Assembly: GCA_016839765.1 (NCBI GenBank)
Contig: JAEOTP010000068.1
Location: 27,218 to 91,217 of the forward strand
Reading direction: 5' to 3'
Source of the DNA: Promethearchaeota archaeon
GTDB lineage: Archaea; Asgardarchaeota; Lokiarchaeia; Sigyniarchaeales; SOKP01
DNA length: 64,000 nucleotides
Positions 20,598 to 31,484 of this stretch are shown here, piece after piece. The position numbers and the translations under genes are program-made. The first letter of the stretch is position 1. Each line of letters begins with the position of its first letter. The notes beneath the pieces are model-generated. The model was given only the letters and a program-made list of their open reading frames with translations, did no database searches and was not told the origin of the DNA.

Positions 20598-20663
20598 TCA
20601 GATTGGGGCGACAACGTCATTGCTACGAGCAATAGCTCAAACCACTTGTCATAAGTTCATCAT
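20598..20663 (-). ncRNA. Box C/D sRNA, predicted guide for 23S Gm2251
   Basis: Minus strand ATGATGA...TTGTCGCCCCAAT-CTGA; GC-rich island between convergent genes; D guide complementary to the P-loop UGGGGCG. Confidence 0.75.
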
Positions 20664-20701
20664 TAATCTAAATTACTGAATAGATCTAATTCATTACTTT
20701 A

Positions 20702-21160
20702 TTAAACTTTTTTGGAGTAATATTTCCTTTCATAATACCCTGGTTTTTTTGGTCCACCACATTCTTTAATTAACTTCTTTAATCCGTCTTTTTTTAGTAT
20801 TTGGTTTTTAAGTTTTTTATAAAATTCAAGATTAATTTCTTTTCTCTTAAATAAATAATCGAGTATCTCAAGAGCTTCATCATCATTAGTACATCTTCTA
20901 ATGAAATCAATTACCTCTGGATTGTTTAAATCCTCCTTATAATCTTCAGTTTTAGTGAGGTTTGTTGGTTTATTTTTGGATTCAATATTAAATTTTACTG
21001 AATCGATTTTAATCGATTTCTTTTTATTTGAAATTTCTGACATTAGATTAGGAAATTGTTTTTCTAATTCACTTTTTTCATATGCGATTTTTAATCCATC
21101 AAAATCGATTACTTTTGGCTTTTTTAAAGCATTTTCCTTATCCTTTTGCTTTTTTTCCAT
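20702..21160 (-). CDS. DUF2095-like archaeal protein
   Basis: PEVIDFIRRC...ALEILDYL...PKKPGYY. Confidence 0.75.
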   Translation of the reverse strand: MEKKQKDKENALKKPKVIDFDGLKIAYEKSELEKQFPNLMSEISNKKKSIKIDSVKFNIESKNKPTNLTKTEDYKEDLNNPEVIDFIRRCTNDDEALEILDYLFKRKEINLEFYKKLKNQILKKDGLKKLIKECGGPKKPGYYERKYYSKKV

Positions 21161-21459
21161 TTATGAGATTAACATCCTCTGGTATTATCTTCAAGGAATT
21201 ATTAATTAAAATAATATAATCAAAAATATATAATTTATTGTCAAGAAAAAAGTATGAATATATAAATTACTGATAAATTCTAATAAGAAGCTGGTAAAAT
21301 TATTAAAGAAATTGAATTTATCTTTATAAAGGATGATAGTTAAGAATGTTTCAAATTAAATAAAGCATTTAAATTCATATCAAAAAATCTATTAAAATAA
21401 TAAAATTAATTAGTTTTTCACTATTTCAATAAATATTCTCAATTAATAAAAGAGTAGTT

Positions 21460-22044
21460 ATGAAGTCTGGATATAGCTTTGTAAAGGAAACTTTCGAGAA
21501 GCATGAAACGGGTTATAAAACCCCCCATTGGTATAGAGGAATCGAATATAGGAAAGGAAAATCGATACAGAGTATAGAAAAGCCAACGAAGCTCCATAGA
21601 GCAAGATCATTAGGATATAGAGCGAAACAAGGTTATATCATCGTAAGAGCGAGAATAAGAAAAGGAGGAATGCATAAAGTTAGACCTAAACGCGGCAGAA
21701 AACCAAGAGCTATGGGAGTTTCAAAATATACAACAGGTAAGAATCTTCAATGGATTGCTGAGGAACGCGTTCAGAGGAAATATCCAAACATGCAAGTATT
21801 AAATAGTTATAAAATCTATTCTGATGGAAGACATTGGTATTATGAAGTTATTTTAGTTGATCCCAGTCATCCTGTAATAAAATCAGATCCAAAAATAAAT
21901 TGGATATGTGACCCCGCTCATAAAAAAAGAGTTACTCGTGGTTTAACTTCAGCTGGAAAAAGAGCTAGAGGGTTACACAAAAAAGGGTGGGGATCTGAGA
22001 AAACTCGACCAAGTATTTCAGCGAATAAAGGTCGTGGTAAATAA
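21460..22044 (+). CDS. rpl15e: Large ribosomal subunit protein eL15
   Basis: [31 protein letters not shown]. Confidence 0.98.
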   Translation: MKSGYSFVKETFEKHETGYKTPHWYRGIEYRKGKSIQSIEKPTKLHRARSLGYRAKQGYIIVRARIRKGGMHKVRPKRGRKPRAMGVSKYTTGKNLQWIAEERVQRKYPNMQVLNSYKIYSDGRHWYYEVILVDPSHPVIKSDPKINWICDPAHKKRVTRGLTSAGKRARGLHKKGWGSEKTRPSISANKGRGK

Positions 22045-22137
22045 AATTTACTGATTTCTGATTTTTTTAATTCATGCTAACCTTCAATAGTTTTAAGACA
22101 TGAGCTTTAAAACTGTATTTTGATTTGCAATGAAATG

Positions 22138-25100
22138 TTAATTTTCTCTTTTTTCTCCATACAACAAATCTGGATAAATTGGTTCAAATTTTTCATTAAA
22201 AAGTTTATGATTCATCCAAATTTTATCTTTATCATTCCAAATAAGGTTCTTTAAAGGATTATAAGAGTCTAGGAACTCTAAATTATCATAAACGGACTTT
22301 AACAATTGTTTTCCATCAACTAAATCAGTTAATATTAGATAATGCTTAATATTAAAATACTGAAATATGAGATCGAACACCTCAAAAAATTCATCCAGTT
22401 CACATCTTGGGAACCATATTTCGAGTAAGAGTCCATTTTCGAATGATTTTACATCCTCAAATCCATAAATAAAAAATTCTCCTTCAATCTCATAGATATG
22501 ACACATATTAAAAAAGCTAAATATTTTGATAATTTTCTCATTAAACTCCTTCTTAACGTTAGGTAAAATAATTGAAACTTTATCTTCAAAATCCAAATTT
22601 TTTAATGACAGATAAGGAAAAATCAATTTTTTTTTCAAAAGGTCTCTTATAAAATTAATGGTCTCATGTTTTTTCGTGCCTAAGTATGATTTAATATCAA
22701 TAGAATGAGTATTATATATCTGAGTTAAAGCTTCATATTCTTGAGTATCTTGTCCATAAATATTATATTCGGATTTTTCACTTATGTCAAATTCTCTTAC
22801 TCCTGATATCTTTGGATCATAAGTCAGGTTGAATAAAACATCTTGTATATAAGATTTAAATCTAATTGATGAGTAATTCCAGCCTTCTTTTGATAGGTTG
22901 CGATTAAAGTGAAGTATTTCAAAAAATTGCTTCTTATAGAACAGACAATATTCAGAAACAATCTTTTTTGATTTTGCAAGCCAATTCAAATAAGTCTTAT
23001 TAGGATTTCTGAGTGGAAAAATGAATTCAGAATAAACGGCTTGGTTAGATTCGATACACGCAGGATACTTAATCTTTTGGTATGAATTTATAAATAAAAG
23101 TCTGAAATCAATTTCAAAAGTCTGAGATCTATAAAAAAATGGACGAAAATATAAATGATATTGAGAAAAACCGAATTTCTGAAATGCAGGGAGAAATTTT
23201 ATTGATTTTATATATCTCTCGAAGAAAGCTTTAGCTCTAAAATCTACAAAATTATCACGATCAATCAAATTGGTATCTAAATTTTTTCTAAAATCTGAAA
23301 AATCATCTATCTCTCTCAAATTGAAATCTATTTTTTGGTGTGAAATTCTATTATTTACTGTCTTTACCAAATTATCCATATTTTGTTTGTTGGACCAGAA
23401 AACTTCCTGTACATCATTATTCAATAGATATTTAGGCCACTCCATTTTTTTACCAAAAATTCTTTGAGCATATGATCTTGTTTCCTTAAATATATCTTCT
23501 GAATATAAAAACGCTCCCTTTTCAAAATCATAAAAATCTCTTGCCTCAAATTTCACTCGTCTCATAACACCTCTCCAAAAGCACCGGTTGAGCTTAATAA
23601 TATCATCCTTAAAATAAGAATAGAACAATGATAAGAAAAGCTTTTTTTCTTTAATGTTTATAAAATAAATTAACAACCGAATGAAATTCTTGTTGGTAAA
23701 TAGTTCTTTAGATTTATATATAAATATCCTTGGAAAATAAAGTTTTAAATCTTCAAGTTTCTTATGAACCGCGGACGAATCTTCTATTAATATTTCAGAA
23801 TAATATTTCAAAAATGTAATATTATAAATTGTATTTGTTACAAAGGGCTTTATTACAGGAGGATCATAGCTCACAAAAGTCTCAATCCAAGCCTCAATCT
23901 TCTCATTGGTGATTTTATATGAGGTTGCATTTTTGAATATTTTCCGATATTTTTTTTCTCTTGTACGGTAAATCTCTTCAGCTATATTAGGTTCTTTAAT
24001 AATCAGTTTTACCTTATTTAAATTTAGAATTTTTAGATTATAACAAGAATTTAGCATATTGTAATAACTTTGAATCTTCTCCACTTCTTTTTCGAAAAGG
24101 CCTCTGGATTGAAAAAATAATGGGAAAACATCCCGTAAAACGATCTTTTCAACTTTTTTATTATATATAAGTATTTGATCTTCAATATCTTGAGAGATTA
24201 ATGTGGTAAGTAGGAATGTTTTTAGTTGATTTATTTTTCTAATTTCAGGATATCTTTTTAAAACCTCTTCAAGTAAGTGTATATAGTTTAAAATTTGATT
24301 TAGATGAGAATATGCTTGAAAAAATCCATAATCTTTATGTTTTTCTAAATAATGTAGAAATTGCGGTTTATATTTAATAACATTATTTAAATTGTTTTTA
24401 AACTCTTTAGTAATACTATTTTGCTTTAGTAATTCATTTTTGATATCTTCTTTTATTGTATTTAGGGTTTCGATTCTTTTATCAAAGGTTAAACCAGTAA
24501 TTGAGGGATATTTTACACGCTCTAACATGGTGTAATCAAAAATGGAAAGGGGAAGAAGTTGAGATACAGGTGAATAGTCCATTATAAATTCAATTTCAAA
24601 TTTTTTCTCATACTTACTGTTATTAAGATCAATAATTTTTCTTATATTTGCAATGTCCATATAATAGTTTAGATTTATAAAATCTATCTTGTGTAAGACA
24701 CACAGAAATTTTTTATCTATAATATATCCAAACTCTTCTAACCAATTAAAATAGCTTAGAAAATCTTCTAAGTATACGTAAGGGACATGAAATGTCACGG
24801 ATAGTTCTAATGCAAAACTATTTACTTTTACTTTTGATAAATAAAAAAAGGGGATTTCTTCTATCAGAGTTTTGATTTTGGGTTTCTCTAAAAGAGGATT
24901 AAACTTTAAAAAGGTATTAATTGTATAGAACCCAATTATACTATAGTTATAATCATAAGAAGGTGCGATAGAAGAGCATTTATTAATCCATTGCATGCTT
25001 TCGGTAAATTTTCTTATACTTAACTCCGAAATTATCTGATTTTTTTCCTTATATTTCTTGAAAAGAGTCTGATAATCTATTAAATTTAAATATAATTTGG

Positions 25101-25767
25101 TTTCATAGAAAATCTGGATTATTATCCTCAATGTTTCTATAATATCTGGGTTAAATAAAGATTGTGAAGTCTTATAGGCATACCCTTCAAAAATGATATC
25201 ATAAAACCTGTCAATATTGTCATTTTGGCACATTAATTTATTTTCTCTTATCTCCCTGAAGAAATATTGAGTTGCACTCTCAAATGGAGCTTGTGCCTTA
25301 ATTTTAAAAAATTTTTGAAGTCTATCTAATTCAGAATCAATAAATTTTTTATCCACTAAAGAATCTCTGATTAATTTCTTCCAATTTTTAAACCCTGAGA
25401 GTCTATTGAGGTCATTTTCTACAATTTGATTGATACATATTTTCACAAGTTCACTTGCTCGTTTATCGATAAAACAATAATAACCTTCTCTCAAAAGGAT
25501 AAATGGCAGAAAATCTTTAGTATAATTAATAAGATTTATTACTATCTTATCATTATGATAATTTCTCTTTACACCAAAATCAAAAACCGAAGCTGTCTCT
25601 TTTTTTTTATGAGTCTCCTCTATAACTAACTTTACATTATGGTATATGGGCTGTAACTTAAGAGTGGCTTCTAAATCAGATAATAATATATTAAAGAACC
25701 GCTGGATTTGATTATTATCTTTCTCATAAGATAAAGCTTCAAGAAAATTAAAGTCTGAAAATTGCAC
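22138..25767 (-). CDS. 1209-aa protein, probably tandem Lrp/AsnC-like wHTH-ferredoxin-fold modules
   Basis: Long clean ORF; repeated P-x-(F/Y)-xx-(F/I)G(F/L)-like linkers followed by beta/alpha patterns. Confidence 0.6.
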   Translation of the reverse strand: MQFSDFNFLEALSYEKDNNQIQRFFNILLSDLEATLKLQPIYHNVKLVIEETHKKKETASVFDFGVKRNYHNDKIVINLINYTKDFLPFILLREGYYCFIDKRASELVKICINQIVENDLNRLSGFKNWKKLIRDSLVDKKFIDSELDRLQKFFKIKAQAPFESATQYFFREIRENKLMCQNDNIDRFYDIIFEGYAYKTSQSLFNPDIIETLRIIIQIFYETKLYLNLIDYQTLFKKYKEKNQIISELSIRKFTESMQWINKCSSIAPSYDYNYSIIGFYTINTFLKFNPLLEKPKIKTLIEEIPFFYLSKVKVNSFALELSVTFHVPYVYLEDFLSYFNWLEEFGYIIDKKFLCVLHKIDFINLNYYMDIANIRKIIDLNNSKYEKKFEIEFIMDYSPVSQLLPLSIFDYTMLERVKYPSITGLTFDKRIETLNTIKEDIKNELLKQNSITKEFKNNLNNVIKYKPQFLHYLEKHKDYGFFQAYSHLNQILNYIHLLEEVLKRYPEIRKINQLKTFLLTTLISQDIEDQILIYNKKVEKIVLRDVFPLFFQSRGLFEKEVEKIQSYYNMLNSCYNLKILNLNKVKLIIKEPNIAEEIYRTREKKYRKIFKNATSYKITNEKIEAWIETFVSYDPPVIKPFVTNTIYNITFLKYYSEILIEDSSAVHKKLEDLKLYFPRIFIYKSKELFTNKNFIRLLIYFINIKEKKLFLSLFYSYFKDDIIKLNRCFWRGVMRRVKFEARDFYDFEKGAFLYSEDIFKETRSYAQRIFGKKMEWPKYLLNNDVQEVFWSNKQNMDNLVKTVNNRISHQKIDFNLREIDDFSDFRKNLDTNLIDRDNFVDFRAKAFFERYIKSIKFLPAFQKFGFSQYHLYFRPFFYRSQTFEIDFRLLFINSYQKIKYPACIESNQAVYSEFIFPLRNPNKTYLNWLAKSKKIVSEYCLFYKKQFFEILHFNRNLSKEGWNYSSIRFKSYIQDVLFNLTYDPKISGVREFDISEKSEYNIYGQDTQEYEALTQIYNTHSIDIKSYLGTKKHETINFIRDLLKKKLIFPYLSLKNLDFEDKVSIILPNVKKEFNEKIIKIFSFFNMCHIYEIEGEFFIYGFEDVKSFENGLLLEIWFPRCELDEFFEVFDLIFQYFNIKHYLILTDLVDGKQLLKSVYDNLEFLDSYNPLKNLIWNDKDKIWMNHKLFNEKFEPIYPDLLYGEKREN

Positions 25768-26310
25768 TTATTCAAGTACCTTTATAATATATATAATATA
25801 TACTTCTTGCACTTCAATCATATTTAAAATTTTGGTTAATGGGACTTGTAAAAAACTTCTTGTTGGCATAAAAAAATTTTGCTTCTTTCTAGAGACTTTT
25901 GCAAGGTCAAAATTGATATTTTGCTACATTGAATGATCCTTGACAGATTTTAGAGTCAAGCCCAATTGTTATATATACTATAGAAGTTGTTAAATTTATC
26001 ATCAACTAAATTCAGTAAAAAATTAATTTTTTTCAGTTCACTTTAAAAACGTGAATGAAAATATATTGTTACCAGTTGTTAATGGTGTAGAGGTATATTA
26101 AAATGCCTGCTGGAGTGGGAGATGGTTAAGTACTTTTAGAATCCTCAACACTAAATCGATGTTCAAACATAAATTAACGTCAATATAAAGGATTCTAAAA
26201 ATATTTCTTATTTTTTTTAATTATCCCTTAGCATATAAAATTCATTATTACTCAATGAGTTTTTAAATATTTACTTAAACAACTTAGTAAAATAATTATT
26301 ACGTTAAAAA

Positions 26311-27480
26311 ATGATTAATAAATCAAATTTGTTTATCTATTTTTACACATATTTTAGCGCGGATATGATATTTGTCTATACAAGAAGTTATTTACCTATT
26401 TACTTTTCAAATATAATTAAAATTGACACTACTCAGCTTTCTTTTGTCCTATTTTTATCTTATTTAGCATTGTTATTGCGCCCTCCTATATCAATTTACT
26501 TTGATCGAAAAAATTCAAAACGAAAATTCTTAGTGATTCTTAGTGGATTTGCGATTTTAGTGAGTTTTTCGCTATTACTTTTTAACTTACAATCAACATT
26601 ATTATTTGGTGTTTTCTATGCTATTTTATTGGCATTTATATCGATTTCTTCTGTAGGTGTTAATAAAATTATGATTTCCAGATCACCAGACATCAATAGC
26701 AAGAATAAAAATGCTTTACTTATTCAAATTGGGGCAATATCAGGAAGCTTGTTTCCTATTTTTATCTTTTTAATAAGTGTGGATTCATTGTCTAATTGGA
26801 GTATTTTTTTTATCATGGGAATTATTTTTACAGCTCCGCTTTTATTGTTCTATTTTTTTTTAAAAGAGAAGCCTTATGACAATTATCATGAAATAGAAGA
26901 AAAACCAACTAAAAGTTCAATTAATAAAAAACCTATTATTTTGGTATCCTTATTTCTATTTTTAGCTTATTCAGATAGATTATTTTCATACTCAATAAAG
27001 CCCTGGATTTCAACTCAAACTAGTATTACATTTTTTTCAATCTTATGGTTTATTTTAATCTTGATTTACACTTTTGGGAATATTATTGGTGGTATTTTTC
27101 TTAAAAAGTTGAACTGTAAAAAGATTCTCATTATCACAACCTTGATTATTGGGACTATTCTCTTTTTGGTACCTTTTACTAATTTTTCATTATTCCTGGT
27201 GATTTATGGAGCTTACTTTTTTGTATCCGGTTTGTTCTTAATAAAACTGATTCCTTATAAAATGGAGCTTGCTCAAAATAGAGTCTTTTATTATCAGTTA
27301 ATGACAATGTTTAGTATCTTAGCAAGTATCATTTTTATTCCGGTGGGGACGTACCTTTATAAATATATAGAAACAGAAATTATCATCATGATTTCAGGAA
27401 TCTTGATAATATTATCCATTATTCCTTTTTATTTTGTTAAAATAAATGAAGAAGAAGGTTCAATTTTCATAAAAAAATAA
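26311..27480 (+). CDS. MFS transporter
   Basis: About 12 TM helices; motif-A-like YFDRKNSKRK. Confidence 0.8.
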   Translation: MINKSNLFIYFYTYFSADMIFVYTRSYLPIYFSNIIKIDTTQLSFVLFLSYLALLLRPPISIYFDRKNSKRKFLVILSGFAILVSFSLLLFNLQSTLLFGVFYAILLAFISISSVGVNKIMISRSPDINSKNKNALLIQIGAISGSLFPIFIFLISVDSLSNWSIFFIMGIIFTAPLLLFYFFLKEKPYDNYHEIEEKPTKSSINKKPIILVSLFLFLAYSDRLFSYSIKPWISTQTSITFFSILWFILILIYTFGNIIGGIFLKKLNCKKILIITTLIIGTILFLVPFTNFSLFLVIYGAYFFVSGLFLIKLIPYKMELAQNRVFYYQLMTMFSILASIIFIPVGTYLYKYIETEIIIMISGILIILSIIPFYFVKINEEEGSIFIKK

Positions 27481-27502
27481 ATGAAGAAACTTAACTAATT
27501 CT

Positions 27503-28312
27503 TCACAATTTGTTAATACTTACAGTCATACCGCCATCTAAAATAATATTTTGTCCAGTTATATAATCAGCTGCTGGAGATGCTAAAAATAAGGCAACAT
27601 CAGCAACATCAGTCGTTTCACCAATTCTGTTTATAGGAAGAGAGACTTTTCTTAATTTCATCCATTCCTTAATAAATTCTCGGCTTTCGTAAATCGGAGT
27701 AAAAAAGATACCCGGACAAATAGCATTCACGGTAATGTTATTAGCTCCTAGTTCAAGAGCCCACAGTTTAGTGAACATGATAAGTGCTGCCTTACTTGCG
27801 CTGTATATTCCAATAAAAGGATTGGCTCCACAATCTGTACCAGCACACGATGTAATGTTAATAAGTTTTCCTGTGATTGGTTTAAAAGTCTGGTTTCTCA
27901 TCTTTTTAGAAAACACTTTTGTCATATTCCATGCTCCTTTTACGTTTACATTCATTATTCTATCATATTCTGCTTCCTTTGCAACCAGTGAGAAACTACT
28001 TGCTTTTTTTCCAATTCCTCGTACTCCCGCATTATTTACTAATATATATACATTATCAAATTGACTAAAGACTTGCTTACTCATTTGCTTGACTTCTTCA
28101 AAATTAGAAATATCTGCTTTAGCTAATAAAATATCAGTTTTTATTGATTTTAAAATGAGATCACGCGTTTCTTTAAGATTATCCAAATTAATATCGTTTA
28201 TAACTAAATTAGCTCCTTTATTTGCAAAAGCAATTGCCATTTCGCGACCAAATCCACTTCCTGCCCCCGTTACAAGAGCTACTCTTCCCTTTAAAAATTT
28301 TTCATTAAAAAT
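27503..28312 (-). CDS. Classical SDR (FabG-like) oxidoreductase; true start upstream of the track ORF
   Basis: In-frame upstream GRVALVTGAGSGFG; NNAG, YSASK, DGG; the only in-frame start candidate after the upstream stop is ATT at 28312. Confidence 0.85.
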   Translation of the reverse strand: MFNEKFLKGRVALVTGAGSGFGREMAIAFANKGANLVINDINLDNLKETRDLILKSIKTDILLAKADISNFEEVKQMSKQVFSQFDNVYILVNNAGVRGIGKKASSFSLVAKEAEYDRIMNVNVKGAWNMTKVFSKKMRNQTFKPITGKLINITSCAGTDCGANPFIGIYSASKAALIMFTKLWALELGANNITVNAICPGIFFTPIYESREFIKEWMKLRKVSLPINRIGETTDVADVALFLASPAADYITGQNIILDGGMTVSINKL

Positions 28313-28325
28313 TTATCCTCCCCTC

Positions 28326-30065
28326 CTAAAATTCTCCAAATAATCCCTTATTCTTTTTATATAATCCTAAGAATTTTCCAACTGGAGGTGATTCAAATGC
28401 AATACTAACATCAATTACCGCTGGTTTTTTCGACTCCATTGCTCTTTTTATTGCAGGTTTAATATCCTCTGGCTTTTCTACTTTTTCACCATAACAACCA
28501 AAAGATTTTGCTATTTCAGCATAATTAATTGGAGGAAAATCAACATCACAATATCGCTTCTGGAGATTATTTTTTTGATAAGTTTTGAGCATACCCCAAG
28601 CACAATTATTTCCAATTATTATGATTATAGGTAAATTCAATCTAACTGCAGTTTCTAATTCTTGAATATTAAATAAGAAGCTACCATCTCCATTAATACA
28701 CACAACAGGTTTATCTGGTTTAGCTAATTTTACAGCAATCGAATAGCACACACCTACACCCAGATGCCCCATACCTATTGAAGTAAATGTACTCCGCGGA
28801 TATCTTTGAAAATTAGATAAAAGGCCATAACTGAAAATAGCGATATCTCCACCATCAATGACTAGCTGTGTTTCTGGTGGAATGTATTCAAGTATTTCAA
28901 CAACAAATCTCTCAGGTTTCATTGGTATTTTATTAGACTTTAGAAGGCTCTGAATAATGTTTTTATCATTCTCTCGAGCAGCTTGCAAATATTCATTCCA
29001 TTCATTCCATTCAGATATTTTTTCTTTTGGAAGTTTTTCTTCCATATGGTTAAGAAATTGAATTAAAACTGCCTTTGCATCACCTATAATTCCTACATCA
29101 ACTGATCTATTTTTTCCAATTTCCTTAGGATCAATATCAACCTGTATAATCTTCTGATCTTGATTCCATAATGGAGGGGTGCCATATAGAGTGGTATAAT
29201 CCCATTTGCATCCGATAGATATTACCACGTCTGCTTCCGAGGCTGCTCTACGAAATGCATTCGATAAGGGATAAGATCCTGCATAAGTTTTTTGATCACA
29301 ACTTATTGCTCCAATACTCAAAACCGTAGTTAGCGCTGGAATATTATAAGCTATTGATAATTTTATTAAATCTTCTGAAGCTTCAGAGGCTATAGTTCCG
29401 CCTCCAGAAATAATTATTGGTTTTTTAGCGCTTTTCAGAATTTCTAGGGCATTATTTATTAAATAAGGATCTCCATAAGGTCTGTTTACTGGTCGATATT
29501 TTTCCGGGTTCAAAATCTTTGTGAAAAGTTCTTCTTTTGCTGTTCTAACTAGAGCAGTCTCTCTTAATTCAAGATATACAGGGCCTCTTCTTCCCGACAT
29601 AGCTGCTTTCATACATCTTTGTACTGCAAATGGAATTTCATATGGATGCTCAACAGATATTTGTAATTTAGTAATTGGTTTCATCAAACCCATTTGATCT
29701 AATCCCCCTTGCATTATTCCTGTATCATCAAACATTCGTGCAATTTGAGCGCCAATAATTAACATTGGTATTGAATCGGCATTTGCAGCTGCAACCGCAG
29801 GTATAAGATGTGAGACTCCGGGTCCTGCGGTACCAAAACATACTCCTATTTCCCCTGTTGTTCTTGCCCAAGCATCTGCCATATGTCCTCCTGCCTGTTC
29901 ATGGCGGACCATGACAGTATTAATTCCCTCTTCGCGTCCCCATCTTTCGATGGCATCATAAATTCGTGTTAACTCTCCACCAACAATTCCAAACATTTTA
30001 GTAATGCCTTCATTTAAGAGGCACTTGACAAGTAAATCTCCACCATTTTTAAGTTGTTTAGACAT
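28326..30065 (-). CDS. ThDP-dependent enzyme (acetolactate synthase / HACL-like)
   Basis: VRHEQ, GTAGPG, GDGSF...NN ThDP motif. Confidence 0.9.
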   Translation of the reverse strand: MSKQLKNGGDLLVKCLLNEGITKMFGIVGGELTRIYDAIERWGREEGINTVMVRHEQAGGHMADAWARTTGEIGVCFGTAGPGVSHLIPAVAAANADSIPMLIIGAQIARMFDDTGIMQGGLDQMGLMKPITKLQISVEHPYEIPFAVQRCMKAAMSGRRGPVYLELRETALVRTAKEELFTKILNPEKYRPVNRPYGDPYLINNALEILKSAKKPIIISGGGTIASEASEDLIKLSIAYNIPALTTVLSIGAISCDQKTYAGSYPLSNAFRRAASEADVVISIGCKWDYTTLYGTPPLWNQDQKIIQVDIDPKEIGKNRSVDVGIIGDAKAVLIQFLNHMEEKLPKEKISEWNEWNEYLQAARENDKNIIQSLLKSNKIPMKPERFVVEILEYIPPETQLVIDGGDIAIFSYGLLSNFQRYPRSTFTSIGMGHLGVGVCYSIAVKLAKPDKPVVCINGDGSFLFNIQELETAVRLNLPIIIIIGNNCAWGMLKTYQKNNLQKRYCDVDFPPINYAEIAKSFGCYGEKVEKPEDIKPAIKRAMESKKPAVIDVSIAFESPPVGKFLGLYKKNKGLFGEF

Positions 30066-30185
30066 ATGAAATGGTATTAAAAATGAAAATTAAATTTTGT
30101 TAAAAAGGGGACTTTTTTACATTTTGATATAATTATTTCCCAATTTTCAAATCAGAAATTATTTTCAATTCTCAGTTTATATAGT

Positions 30186-31484
30186 CTATTTCACACTATC
30201 AGCAAAATCTAATTTGTCAATTGGATTTTCAAGGGGAAATTCTCCCTTAAGAATCTTCAATTTTAATTCTTCTGCTAATTTAATGGCTCCATTTCTATCT
30301 GATTGCCTTAATACAATAGGAATATCCCTCTCTTCAAACTTGATTGTTTTCATGTCTAATTGAAATGCGTCTGGACAAACAGTAGTGCAGGCACCACAAT
30401 TAAAACATCTAGCCCTATCAATTCCTTGAACAGTACCACCGTTCACAATGAAAGCATTTGTGGGACAGATATCTATAACTCTACATTTTTCACATGTAAT
30501 ACAAGCTTCTGGATTGAACTTCATTAAGAAATTGTCTTGCCAAACATCCCCATAAGTAATTTCACCAATTTTTTCTCTACCTACAAGACTTAAAATTTGT
30601 AAAGCAACATTATTATCTGACTTTACAATGTCATTGAATATAGCTTCATTTAAAATTGGGATTGGTAATGCAATACTACATATCGGTTCCAAACCATAAG
30701 ATGTCTTAAATGCGCCCATGTATTCAGGCTTCATCCCATTAAATGGGGCAATAGTCATCATATTTGGCTTTTTAATATAATTTCGTGTACCTGGCCCCAT
30801 CAAATAACCAGTACTTCCATTTACTAATAGTGGTGTTCCAACCCCAAAAGTCTGAAAGTTTGGATCATTTTGAAAGGGATTTAATGCTCCGCATCCAGAG
30901 AAAGTCATTTGGGTTCTATTTGGTTTAAATGGAAGCGCAGAAAATATTGTATTGACTTCATATGATTCACAATTTATCATTGCGTTATAATTTTTTATTG
31001 CTTGCCTAGTTCCCATTAATTTTGCAAACTGCATATCCTCTAATGTCATTGTTTTTTGAACTTTTTCACCCTCGCTACTCTTCGCAATAATTTCTACATC
31101 TTTACCTTCAACTAGTTCTCTGAAAAGTAATCCCCCACAATAATTATTTCTTGTCTGGCTCTGAGTAGTTCCATAAATGATTAGATCAACAATTCCTAAA
31201 TACTCATTCGGGCATGGTCCTGGAAATGCTGGGATTCCATTCATATCTACTTCTGTGAATTTTCTTAGTGCTTTTGGTGGGGAAAGACGGAAAGAAAATA
31301 CACCCATTATTCCGCTCATTAATCCCTTAGTTGCTGTTGTAATGACATCTACGTCTTCAAAATTTATATTTTCGCCATCACTCAAACGATCAATTAAGTT
31401 CTGGACGGTAATTATTATAACAGTTCTTTTCTCAATCTTTTTCTTTATTTCAGAAAGTGTCCTCTTTTTAGGCAATAGAAACAC
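30186..31484 (-). CDS. Methanogenesis marker 16-like metalloprotein (DUF39 + 2x[4Fe-4S])
   Basis: VDVITTAT..LMSG, GPCPNE; CxxCxxCxxxxxCP and CxxCxxCxxxCP; LRQSDR. Confidence 0.8.
   Translation of the reverse strand: MFLLPKKRTLSEIKKKIEKRTVIIITVQNLIDRLSDGENINFEDVDVITTATKGLMSGIMGVFSFRLSPPKALRKFTEVDMNGIPAFPGPCPNEYLGIVDLIIYGTTQSQTRNNYCGGLLFRELVEGKDVEIIAKSSEGEKVQKTMTLEDMQFAKLMGTRQAIKNYNAMINCESYEVNTIFSALPFKPNRTQMTFSGCGALNPFQNDPNFQTFGVGTPLLVNGSTGYLMGPGTRNYIKKPNMMTIAPFNGMKPEYMGAFKTSYGLEPICSIALPIPILNEAIFNDIVKSDNNVALQILSLVGREKIGEITYGDVWQDNFLMKFNPEACITCEKCRVIDICPTNAFIVNGGTVQGIDRARCFNCGACTTVCPDAFQLDMKTIKFEERDIPIVLRQSDRNGAIKLAEELKLKILKGEFPLENPIDKLDFADSVK

Noticed and set aside
26040-26200. Riboswitch or uORFs (MKIYCYQLLMV, MPAGVGDG) upstream of the MFS gene
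   Set aside because: No recognisable aptamer, amino-acid bias or second copy to support it.
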